From Burkholderiaceae bacterium (GTDB taxonomy: Bacteria; Pseudomonadota; Gammaproteobacteria; Burkholderiales; Burkholderiaceae_C): DNA of 64,000 bases. The stretch's first letter is position 1. The number at the start of each line of letters is the position of its first letter. The notes under the pieces were generated by a model. It searched no databases and was not told the origin of the DNA. It was given only the letters and a program-made list of their open reading frames with translations. This document shows, in pieces, positions 27,409 through 35,653 of the stretch. The DNA is taken from the NCBI GenBank assembly GCA_016790175.1, contig JAEUPI010000094.1:20967-84966 (forward strand). The letters are read 5' to 3'. A program made the translations under genes and the position numbers.

Positions 27409-27900
27409 ATGCGACTGACCAGCTTCACCGACTACAGCTTGCGGGTGCTGATCTTCCTGGCGGCCGAGCCCGGGCGGCGCGCCACGATCGCCGAGATCAG
27501 CACCGCCTTCGGCGTCTCGGAGAACCACCTGACCAAGGTGGTTCATTTTCTGGGGCGCGAGGGCTGGCTCGCCACCGTGCGCGGCAAGGGCGGTGGAGTG
27601 GAGCTGGCGCTGCCGCCCGAGGCCATCGTCGTCGGCGCGGTCGTGCGTGCCGCCGAGGGCGGCGCGGTGCCGGCCGAGTGCTTCGGCGCCGATCGCGACG
27701 CGCTCGCCTGCTCGATCGTGCGGGTGTGCCGGCTGCGCGGCGTGCTGGCCGAGGCGGTGCAGGCCTTCGAAGCGGTGCTGGAACGCTACACGCTGGCCGA
27801 CCTGGTGCAGCACCAGCGCGCCACGCTGAGGCGGGTGCTCATGATCGCCCCCGGGGCCGGGGCAGGCCCGGCCCGCGCCGGCGCCGGAGGAACCCGCTGA
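27409..27900 (+). CDS. nsrR: NsrR, Rrf2-family nitric-oxide-sensing repressor
   Basis: MRLTSFTDYSLRVLIFLA...ATIAEISTAFGVSENHLTKVVHFL plus three Cys (ECF...ACSIVRVC) for the Fe-S cluster. Confidence 0.88.
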   Translation: MRLTSFTDYSLRVLIFLAAEPGRRATIAEISTAFGVSENHLTKVVHFLGREGWLATVRGKGGGVELALPPEAIVVGAVVRAAEGGAVPAECFGADRDALACSIVRVCRLRGVLAEAVQAFEAVLERYTLADLVQHQRATLRRVLMIAPGAGAGPARAGAGGTR

Positions 27901-29087
27901 TGGCCGGCTTCATCCCGATCGAGGAACCGCACCGCGCGCCGCCGCGCGGCTTCGCGTTGTGGCAGCTCGGCTTCCGGCCGTTCTATCTGCTGGCGAGCGT
28001 GTTCGCGTCGTTGTCGATCGCGCTCTGGGCGGCGCAGACCGCCGGCTGGATCCGGCCGCTGCTGCCCTCGCCGCTGCGGCACGCCCACGAGATGGTGTTC
28101 GGCTATACGCTTGCGGTGATCGTGGGTTTCCTGTTCACCGCCGGGCGCAACTGGACCAATCGGCCGACGCCCACCGGCGCCGCGCTCGCCGCGCTGGCCG
28201 GCTGGTGGCTGGCCGGCCGCGTGCTGGTGCTGACGCCCTACGCCAGCGCGGCGGCGATCGTCAACGCGACCTTCCCGCTCGCGGCGGCGGTGGCGCTGGC
28301 GATTCCGTTCTGGGCCGCGCGCAACCGGCGCAACTACTTCTTCGTCGCGCTGCTGGTGCTGCTGGCGCTGGCCAACGCGGCGATCCACGCCGCGAATGCC
28401 GGCGTGCTCACGCTGCCGGGCGCGCTCGGCGTGCAGGTCGCGCTCGACGTCGTCATCTTCGTGATGGCGGTGATGGGCGGCCGCGTGATTCCGATGTTCA
28501 CCAACAACGGCGTGCCCGGTGCCGGCGCGCTGCGCGACGTGCGGGTCGAGCGCGCCGCGCTCGGCTCGGTGCTGGTGCTGCTGGCGGCCGACGCGCTGCA
28601 GGTGCGGGCCGCTGCGATGGCCGCGGTGCTGGCCTTCGCCGCGCTGGCCCACGGCGCGCGGCTGGCGCTGTGGCATCCCTGGCGCACGCGTCGCACGCCG
28701 CTGGTGTGGTCGCTGCACGTGGCCTACGCCTGGATCGTGGTGCACCTCTTGCTGCGCGCACTCGCGGAGTTCGGTCTCGTCGTGCCGACGCTCGCTACCC
28801 ACGCGCTGACCGTTGGCGCGATCGGCGGCCTCACGATGGCGATGATGACGCGCACCGCGCGCGGTCACACCGCGCGGCCGCTGCGCGCCGACCGCGCCGA
28901 CGTGGCCTGCTACACACTCGTGCTGCTCGCCGCGCTGGTGCGCGTGGTGGTGCCGCTGGTCGCGCCGGGCGCCTGGCTGGCGGCCGTGGTGGCCTCTGCC
29001 GCCGCGTGGTCGGCCGCCTTCGGCCTGTACGCGCTGCACTACGGGCCGTGGCTGATCCGCCCGCGGCTCGACGGTGCGCCGGGCTGA
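27900..29087 (+). CDS. nnrS: NnrS haem-copper membrane protein
   Basis: Start overlaps the nsrR stop (TGATG); FRPFYLLASVFA..., about 12 TM helices, conserved His residues (RHAHEMVFGY). Confidence 0.85.
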   Translation: MAGFIPIEEPHRAPPRGFALWQLGFRPFYLLASVFASLSIALWAAQTAGWIRPLLPSPLRHAHEMVFGYTLAVIVGFLFTAGRNWTNRPTPTGAALAALAGWWLAGRVLVLTPYASAAAIVNATFPLAAAVALAIPFWAARNRRNYFFVALLVLLALANAAIHAANAGVLTLPGALGVQVALDVVIFVMAVMGGRVIPMFTNNGVPGAGALRDVRVERAALGSVLVLLAADALQVRAAAMAAVLAFAALAHGARLALWHPWRTRRTPLVWSLHVAYAWIVVHLLLRALAEFGLVVPTLATHALTVGAIGGLTMAMMTRTARGHTARPLRADRADVACYTLVLLAALVRVVVPLVAPGAWLAAVVASAAAWSAAFGLYALHYGPWLIRPRLDGAPG

Positions 29088-29369
29088 CTCACACCCTCGC
29101 CCGCTTGCGGGGCGGTCACGGCAGCGGTGGCCTTGCTCCCGCCTTTCGACTCCCAGCCTCAAGAAAGGACCTCTTGACGCTTCATAGCTGGTGTGCTGCA
29201 TGGCAAGGCATTCACCTTGGTTGTCGAGAGCAGCCTCCACTTGCCGCGGGCCCGGGCAGCGGCTACCACCCTCGGGCTACCAGTCTGGGGTATTGAGCGC
29301 TCTCCTCAGAGCCGCCACGATCCATTTCCGAAAGAGCGGATTCCTTCCGCGATGCATGGGGAAACGACG

Positions 29370-29963
29370 ATGAACGGAATCGCTCGCTGGCACAAGGCGC
29401 CGCTGGCACTATCCGCCGTGTTGCTGGCATCGTGCGCGACGACAACTGCGCCGCCGCGGGCACAGCTGGACGAGGCCCGCGCGATCGCCGCGCGCGTCCC
29501 GGCCAACCTGCTGACGGTGTTGAGCACCGAACTGCAGAGCAAAGGCCCGTCCGGAGCGATCGAGGTCTGCCAGGTCAAGGCGCCTGAAATGGCGCGCAAC
29601 GCTTCGGCGCAGACCGGCTGGCAGATCCGCCGCGCCAGCCTGCGCAACCGCAATCCCAAGGGCGTGCCGGATGCCTGGGAGCGCGCAACGCTGGAAGAAT
29701 TCGACGCCAAGCAAGCAGCAGGCGCCGACGCTGCGACGCTTGAGCGCGCCGAGGTGGTGAACGACGGCGGCATGCAATGGGTGCGCTACGCGAAGGCGCT
29801 GCCCACGCAGCCGCTGTGCGTGCAGTGCCACGGGCCGGTCGATCAGCTGGGTCCAGGCGTGCAGGCAAAACTGGCGGCGCTGTACCCGGACGACCGCGGC
29901 ACCGGTTATGCCCCCGGACAAATCCGAGGCGGCCTGTTTCTGAAAAGGCCGGTGCAGCGCTAG
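29370..29963 (+). CDS. DUF3365 (Tll0287-like) c-type haem lipoprotein
   Basis: Lipobox LLASC; C-terminal CVQCHGP followed by YPDDRGTGYAPGQIRGGLFL. Confidence 0.7.
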   Translation: MNGIARWHKAPLALSAVLLASCATTTAPPRAQLDEARAIAARVPANLLTVLSTELQSKGPSGAIEVCQVKAPEMARNASAQTGWQIRRASLRNRNPKGVPDAWERATLEEFDAKQAAGADAATLERAEVVNDGGMQWVRYAKALPTQPLCVQCHGPVDQLGPGVQAKLAALYPDDRGTGYAPGQIRGGLFLKRPVQR

Positions 29964-30014
29964 GCGCCGCAAGCGGGGCGCGCGCCGGCAGGTCCGGCGC
30001 CGACTACCCCGCGC

Positions 30015-30467
30015 TCAACGATTGGCGAGCCGGATCACCGTAAAGCCTGCGGACAGGCGCTCCGACGAATAGGACGCCTTGGCGGTGAACATCTTCGACC
30101 CGATCCAGGTGCCCGCCGTGCCGGAGGTCGTGATCGTGAACGTCGCCTGGTCCCTGCCCGCCGGCACGGTGACGAACTGCGGCACGATGACACCGTCGAG
30201 CGCGAAGCCGACGCCCTCGATGGCCGTGCCGCCGGTCAGAGAGAGGTCTACCCGCAGGTCGCTGGCCGCGCGCCTGGCCAGCTTCACCGTCCCGGTGAAC
30301 TTCGTGCCTGCGGTGGCGGACGCCGGGCTCACGGCCATGCTGCTGAGCCAGCGGATCGTCAGATTGGGCGCGCTCTTGGGCAGCGGTGTCTGCGCGGGCA
30401 CAGCGATGGACAGTGTCACGCCCAGCAGCGCGATGGCCGTGGAAATCGCTCGCCTATGGATGCTCAT
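30015..30467 (-). CDS. Small exported beta-sandwich-like protein (150 aa), last gene of the secretin locus
   Basis: ATG at 30467 with RBS aggagc; signal peptide MSIHRRAISTAIALLGVTLSIAVPAQT; LSLTGGTAIEGVGF...VTVPAGRDQATFTITT resembles a Calx-beta/Ig-like strand pattern (weak). Confidence 0.65.
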   Translation of the reverse strand: MSIHRRAISTAIALLGVTLSIAVPAQTPLPKSAPNLTIRWLSSMAVSPASATAGTKFTGTVKLARRAASDLRVDLSLTGGTAIEGVGFALDGVIVPQFVTVPAGRDQATFTITTSGTAGTWIGSKMFTAKASYSSERLSAGFTVIRLANR

Positions 30468-30544
30468 GGTTGCTCCTTTCGAGAGAAAGCGCACCCGCGC
30501 CGGATCGGCCGTGGTGCAGGAATTCCGGACGCATCGCGACCCGA

Positions 30545-32362
30545 TCAGCGCAGGCGCGCCAGGGTGTCGCTGATCGCCTGCCGGGCAAGCCCCGCGTCCG
30601 TGGCCGCAGGCAGGTGCAGGTCGCTGGGCTGCGGCCTGAAATGCCAGGCGATCTTGTCGCGGATCTTGTCGGTCAACGCGTCCAGGTTGGCCAGCGGATC
30701 GACCAGATCCTTCCACACCGACAGCAGCCGTGTCAGCGTCTCGGCACGGAATGCGCGTGTGCCGGTGTCCAGGGTACCGGCCAAGCGCGGCGTGACGAGC
30801 ACGATCGCGGCGTCGCGGCTCTGGGTCTTCTGGCGTTCGTTGAACAGCAGGTTGCCGATGGGAATGTCGCCGACCACGGGCACCTTCGACGTCCAGCCCA
30901 CGTTCACCGCCTCGTAAAGGCCCGACAGGATCAGCGTCTTGCCGAACTCGACCTCTGCCGTGGCGCCGACGGTCTGCTTAAAGGTCGTCACCGACTCGGT
31001 GAACGTGCCGCTCGACGTGGGTACGAAGAACGAGCGCACGGTGTCGACGCGGAACTTCGTGCGTTCGCCGCTGATCTCGAGCGGCGTCAGCTTCACCGAC
31101 GTGCCGACGTCGATCGTCTGCAGTGCGCCGGTGTTGATGCCGCTGACCGCGACGCTCAAGGTGCGGCCGATGAAGAACTCGGACTGCTGGCCGAGCATGG
31201 CCACCAGCGACGGGCGTACGACGACGTCGTAGAAGTCGTCGTGGGTGTTGAACAGGTTCAGGCTGTAGGTGATCTGCGGCACCGTCAGCGCGGTGGTGAT
31301 CACCCGGCTGAAGGCATCGGCCGATCCCGTGCCGCGGCGCCGCTCGGTCTTGTTGTCGCCGCCGAACTGCAGCTTCAGGCCGTCCAGCAGGTTGATGCCG
31401 ACGCTGTGCTTCGTGGTGTCCTGACTCAGCAGCAGCGTGACCTCGACCATGACCTGCTGCGGCGAGTCGCCCGGCGCCCCGGCGTTGGCGGCCGGCGCTC
31501 GAGGCTGCGGTGCCGGGGTGTCCTGGGCCGGTGGGGCCGGTTGAGGGGTTTGGGCAAGTTGACCCGAATCGTCTGCGGCCGCCTCCGCTGCGATTCGCGT
31601 CGGCCGATCATCCGCCGCCGCCAGCACGGCAGTTCGCAGCAGCTGCGCGAAACGCGGCGTGTGGGCAGACAGCCCGCTCGACGGCAGCGCATTGGCGCGC
31701 TCGATCACCGCGGCCAGCCGCTGGCGGTCGCCCTGAGCCGCCGCCACAAAGGCCGACGCCCTAAGCATCAGCGGATCCTGCGGCGCCAGCGCGAGGGCCT
31801 TATCGGTGGCCACCCGCGCCACGCCGAGATCGCCGGCGTAGTAGGCCGAGGCGGCCAGCCCTGCGAACGCCTGCGGCGCGTCGGGTCTGTCCAGGATCGC
31901 CCACGCGAACTCCTCGGCTGCAGCTGGGTAGTTTTTCTGATCGAACCGCGCCAGCCCTGCGTAATAGTGCGACCAGAAGTAGCCCGGCGCGAACTTCACC
32001 GCCGCGTCGTAGCCCACCTGCGCCAGCTCCGCCGATTGCTGCGAGGCGTCGGCCAGCTGATAGTTGAGACCATTGAGCAGATGCAGGTACCCGTTCTGCG
32101 GCTCGGCCCTCAGCGCTGCCGTCAGCAGCGGGCGCGCGGCCTCCGGCTTGCCGTCGCGCAGCGCCGCGGCGATGTCGTCGCGCTGCGCGTGCCCGTGAGC
32201 CTGCGCCGCGCCTTGTGCGGCCGGCTGCGTCGCACAGCCTCCCAGGGCGAGCGGCAGGCTCAGCGCGACGATCGCCGCAACCGACAACGGCGTCAACCGC
32301 CAGCGGGTGTGCGTCGGCGCGCGAGGCGATGACGAGCGCGCGTCGTGCATGACAGTCTTCAT
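30545..32362 (-). CDS. Lipoprotein with N-terminal TPR domain fused to a secretin (T2SS/T3SS/T4P-type) C-domain
   Basis: Start MKTVMHD with RBS ggagga; lipobox LALGGC; ~200 aa of TPR-like repeats; Pro-rich linker. Secretin core runs QVMVEVTLLLSQD...GINLL... to the hallmark SKVPVVGDIPIGNLLFNERQ...IVLVTPRL. No N0/N1-type domains are recognisable. Confidence 0.8.
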   Translation of the reverse strand: MKTVMHDARSSSPRAPTHTRWRLTPLSVAAIVALSLPLALGGCATQPAAQGAAQAHGHAQRDDIAAALRDGKPEAARPLLTAALRAEPQNGYLHLLNGLNYQLADASQQSAELAQVGYDAAVKFAPGYFWSHYYAGLARFDQKNYPAAAEEFAWAILDRPDAPQAFAGLAASAYYAGDLGVARVATDKALALAPQDPLMLRASAFVAAAQGDRQRLAAVIERANALPSSGLSAHTPRFAQLLRTAVLAAADDRPTRIAAEAAADDSGQLAQTPQPAPPAQDTPAPQPRAPAANAGAPGDSPQQVMVEVTLLLSQDTTKHSVGINLLDGLKLQFGGDNKTERRRGTGSADAFSRVITTALTVPQITYSLNLFNTHDDFYDVVVRPSLVAMLGQQSEFFIGRTLSVAVSGINTGALQTIDVGTSVKLTPLEISGERTKFRVDTVRSFFVPTSSGTFTESVTTFKQTVGATAEVEFGKTLILSGLYEAVNVGWTSKVPVVGDIPIGNLLFNERQKTQSRDAAIVLVTPRLAGTLDTGTRAFRAETLTRLLSVWKDLVDPLANLDALTDKIRDKIAWHFRPQPSDLHLPAATDAGLARQAISDTLARLR

Positions 32363-32442
32363 GGGTTCCTCCGACGTTCGAGCGCAGACGGAAATCGGGC
32401 GTGGCCGCCTGACCGCAGGGCACCCGCCCGGGTGTGGGTCTG

Positions 32443-33753
32443 CTATGGAATACGTATCCGGATCTGGCACTGCGTGAAGGCGGGCCCCGACTCCGCGCCG
32501 CGCGCGCCGACCCAGAACTTCAGCGTGTGCGCCACCGGCGACGTTCGGCTGGCGCACGCAGTGCCCGCCGAGGTGTTGCCGCCCACTGCGCGAAATGGGA
32601 TCTGATGGAAGGTGCCGGTGGCCGGCGCCGTGAAGTTGCCCAGCCCGCTTGCGCTGCTGTAGATGACACTGGGCGAGCCGGAGGCCACGCACAGACGATC
32701 CTGCACCTCGAACTCGATGCGTTGCCCACCCGCCGGTGGCTGCTGCGACAGCCGGAGCTCGCACTGGAAGTTGTCGTTCGCGTTGACCGTGTCGCCGGTC
32801 GTCTGGTTGCGGCAGACGCAGGCCTGCGTGAACGCGTTCGCGGCCGGCGGCGGGTTGATCACCAGCGTCAGCGTGTCGGACCGGTTCGGGTTGGGCGTGG
32901 CGACGGTCAGCGTCGATGTGCGCGTGGCCCTCGTGCCGCGGATATTGGCGACGTCGCCGGTGAAGCGCATCACCATGTCTTGCCACGGCGGAACTCGCCG
33001 GATGTTGCCGCCGCTGACGAGCCTCACGTGCGCCGGCGACGTGACGGTGTAGCCGAACTCGCCCCAGATATCGATCTCACGCGGAAGCTTGCCAGCGACA
33101 CGCGTTCGAAACTCCAGCTCGCAATTGCTCGTGTCGCTGTTGGCGCCCGGTGGCAGCGTGATGGTCATGCGCGTGTTGTTGAGGTCCTGCACCACCGTGC
33201 CGATGTTTTTCGTCAGGCACTGCGACGGCCTCTGCACCAGTCCCGAACTTTCGAACGTCCACACCGGCGTGGAGAACGGCACCGCACGCATCTGCAGGCG
33301 CGACTCGTCGCCGAGGGGCATGCGGAATCGCAGCGAGCGCTGGCGCGTCGTCCCCGCCTCGGCGGGCGAGTCGACCTCGACCTCCACAGAGCCCTTGAGG
33401 ATCCTGCAGCCGCGCATCAGGTTCTCGGCCCCGTTGTGGGCCCGGATGATCCGCGCCGTGACGAGCGAATCGACGTTGCTGTCGTCAACTGTGACGCGGA
33501 CCGCCGGGCTGACGTCGATACCGTCGCCCCAGACTTCGAAGCGCATGTTGTTGCCGGCCTGCACCCGCAGGTCCTTGCCGTCGCCGATCGTGTCGACCTT
33601 GTCGCAAGTGCCGACCGGGGTGACGAATTCGACCGCCGCCCGGCTCGTAGCCGGCAACAGCGCGGCCGAGGCCGCCAGCCCGGCGACGATCATGGCGACG
33701 CGCGGCGACCATGACGAACGGCTCGCGGCGGATGGATGACGACACGCAGTCAT
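32443..33753 (-). CDS. Exported Cys-rich protein of unknown function (436 aa), first structural gene of the secretin locus
   Basis: ATG at 33753 with RBS aggaga; signal peptide ...VAMIVAGLAASAALLPATSRA; more than 10 Cys; no motif I recognise. Confidence 0.7.
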   Translation of the reverse strand: MTACRHPSAASRSSWSPRVAMIVAGLAASAALLPATSRAAVEFVTPVGTCDKVDTIGDGKDLRVQAGNNMRFEVWGDGIDVSPAVRVTVDDSNVDSLVTARIIRAHNGAENLMRGCRILKGSVEVEVDSPAEAGTTRQRSLRFRMPLGDESRLQMRAVPFSTPVWTFESSGLVQRPSQCLTKNIGTVVQDLNNTRMTITLPPGANSDTSNCELEFRTRVAGKLPREIDIWGEFGYTVTSPAHVRLVSGGNIRRVPPWQDMVMRFTGDVANIRGTRATRTSTLTVATPNPNRSDTLTLVINPPPAANAFTQACVCRNQTTGDTVNANDNFQCELRLSQQPPAGGQRIEFEVQDRLCVASGSPSVIYSSASGLGNFTAPATGTFHQIPFRAVGGNTSAGTACASRTSPVAHTLKFWVGARGAESGPAFTQCQIRIRIP

Positions 33754-33839
33754 GATCAGTCTCCTTCTATGTGAACGATGGGTGTTGCACGACGGGCCCT
33801 GCGACGCGGCCACCCGCTGTGGGCCAGTGCCGAGCCTGC

Positions 33840-33874
33840 ACGCTATCGGTGAGGCGTTTGTCGAGCGTTTGCCG
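33840..33874 (-). promoter_or_regulatory. Promoter with tandem 11-bp direct repeats (site 1): CGGCAAACGCT-CGACAAACGCC-N7-TAGCGT
   Basis: Repeats at 33853-33874, -10-like hexamer at 33840-33845, 87 nt upstream of the ATG at 33753. The same architecture occurs at 34163-34198 and 60796-60830. Confidence 0.6.
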
Positions 33875-33915
33875 GCGGCGGCACACGCGTGCGCACGTGA
33901 TCGGCCGAGCGCGAT

Positions 33916-34134
33916 TCAGCATGACTCCGGCCTCGTCGAAGGCGGCGCCGCAGGTTGCGGCGCGTCGTCGGCGGCGGGCGGCGGCGCCTCTGCGCTGGCC
34001 TCGCGCAGGAACTCGCCGAGCTGCGCCGGCTCGTCGAACAGCCGCGGCTCGTCCTGGTCCACGCTGCGCACGGCAGCTCGGAACTGGCTCAGGTGCTGCC
34101 ACACCCGCACGAGAAACAGCCGAGGTTCGCTCAT
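33916..34134 (-). CDS. Small cytoplasmic protein (72 aa), LFLVRVW...FRAAVRSVD type
   Basis: RBS ggag + ATG at 34134; no signal peptide; own repeat-type promoter. Colinear weak similarity to the 81-aa ORF at 43340-43585. Confidence 0.6.
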   Translation of the reverse strand: MSEPRLFLVRVWQHLSQFRAAVRSVDQDEPRLFDEPAQLGEFLREASAEAPPPAADDAPQPAAPPSTRPESC

Positions 34135-34162
34135 GGCCCGCTCCGCAATCGCGTTGCGGCGG

Positions 34163-34198
34163 ACCTTAGTGCAGGGGGCGTTTGCTCAGCGTTTGTCG
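34163..34198 (-). promoter_or_regulatory. Promoter with tandem 11-bp direct repeats (site 2): CGACAAACGCT-GAGCAAACGCC-N7/8-CTAAGGT
   Basis: Repeats at 34177-34198; -10-like TAAGGT at 34163-34168; ~30 nt upstream of the ATG at 34134. Lies in the divergent region shared with the hemolysin-III gene. Confidence 0.55.
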
Positions 34199-34329
34199 GC
34201 AGGCGACGGCTCGGCGACGGCCCGGGCGAACGCCAGCCGATCCATCACGGCGGTCAGTGTGAGCGGCTCGTGCCCGCCCCGGGCGTGCAACGCCCGCCAC
34301 AGCGTGTGCGGCACGGATAGACTGCCATC

Positions 34330-34968
34330 GTGATGCGAGAGCAATCCGTCGGCGAGGAGATCGCCAACGCCCTGAGCCACGGCATCGGCTGCTTGCTGGC
34401 CATTGCGTCGCTGCCGATCCTCGTCCACCAGGCGGCCACACGCGGCAGTGCAGCCGCCGTCGTCGGTGCCAGCCTGTTCGCCGGCACGGGAATCGTCCTG
34501 TACTTCGTCTCGGCGCTGTACCACGCGCTGCCGGCGGGTGCGGCCAAGCGCTGGCTGAACCGGCTGGACCACGCGGTCATCTTCCTGTTCATCGCGGGCA
34601 GCTACATGCCGTTCGTGCTGGGGGTGCTGATCGGTGCCTGGGGCTGGGCGCTGTTCGGCGTCGTCTGGGGCGCCGCTTCATTGGGCGTCGTCGCGAAGCT
34701 GTTCGACCGCCTGCGCCATCCGCTGTGGTCGACCGCGTTGTACGTCGCGATGGGCTGGGTCGCGCTCGTCGCCGCAGTGCCGCTGGTCGAGCGCATGTCG
34801 TGGTCGGGGCTGGCCTGGCTGGTGGCCGGCGGCGTGTCGTATACGGTCGGCGCGATCGTGTTCCTGTTCGATTCGAAGCTGCGCTACGCGCACTTCGCGT
34901 GGCATGTCCTCGTGATCGGCGGAAGCACCTGCCACTTCTTCGCCGCCCTGTGGCACGCCGGCGGCTGA
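34330..34968 (+). CDS. Hemolysin III / PAQR-family channel protein
   Basis: EEIANALSHGIG..., seven TM helices, conserved HFAWHVLVIGGSTCHF. Confidence 0.85.
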   Translation: MMREQSVGEEIANALSHGIGCLLAIASLPILVHQAATRGSAAAVVGASLFAGTGIVLYFVSALYHALPAGAAKRWLNRLDHAVIFLFIAGSYMPFVLGVLIGAWGWALFGVVWGAASLGVVAKLFDRLRHPLWSTALYVAMGWVALVAAVPLVERMSWSGLAWLVAGGVSYTVGAIVFLFDSKLRYAHFAWHVLVIGGSTCHFFAALWHAGG

Positions 34969-35103
34969 CGCGGCCTCGAGCAGCGAGCCGCGCAGAGATA
35001 GACATTCCAAAGCCGCAGCCCTTGCAACGCCGCATCGTCCGGAGCGGCACTGCTCGCTGGCGCCCTGCTCGGTCACGAGGCCGTCGCGGTGGCGCGCCGG
35101 CGA

Positions 35104-35406
35104 TCAACGCCACAGCAACGTGTACACCGTGACCGGTTCGCTGATGCCCTTCAGAGCGACCGTGCGTGGATCGGCGCCTCCCCCCCGGCGCTGGGTGGCC
35201 CTGATCGTCTGCTCGCTGACGGTGATTTCTCCGCCGGCGGCCAGAGCCCCGATTCGTGCCGCCTCATGGACGCCCTTGCCTGTGTACTTGCGCCTTTGGG
35301 TATCGCAGTACTCGCGTGCAGTTCGCATCACGTCATCACCAGCACTATGCGATGCGCACCACGCTCGACCTCGACGACGACGTGCCGTACTGGCACCGAA
35401 CGCCAA
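35104..35406 (-). pseudogene. C-terminal fragment of a class III adenylate/guanylate cyclase domain
   Basis: ...YTGKGVHEAARIGALAAGGEITVSEQT......VALKGISEPVTVYTLLW is the last third of a cyclase homology domain. No upstream catalytic part or start context. Confidence 0.55.
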
Positions 35407-35653
35407 GCTGCGCTCGCTGGTCCAAGCACTTCAGGCCACTGCAGCACCGTCACAGGCTCCGCCACACGTCGACCGGGGGGCGTTTGAAACTACCATGCGC
35501 GAGCGCCTGATGAGCCGCGAAGCCGTGGTCGGCGGCGGCGTCAGCGCGTCTCCGGCGCGCTGCTGAAACGGTTCTCGGGCGGGAACTTCGGCAAGCTGGT
35601 GTTGAGGATCGTCGACGATTGGCGGCCGTTGGTCGCCTTAGCAGGAGCGCGTG

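Noticed and set aside
35476-35486. Single GGCGTTTGAAA word upstream of the methyltransferase gene, resembling one unit of the promoter repeat.
   Set aside because: There is only one unit and no second repeat 11 bp away. Its orientation does not fit the plus-strand gene.
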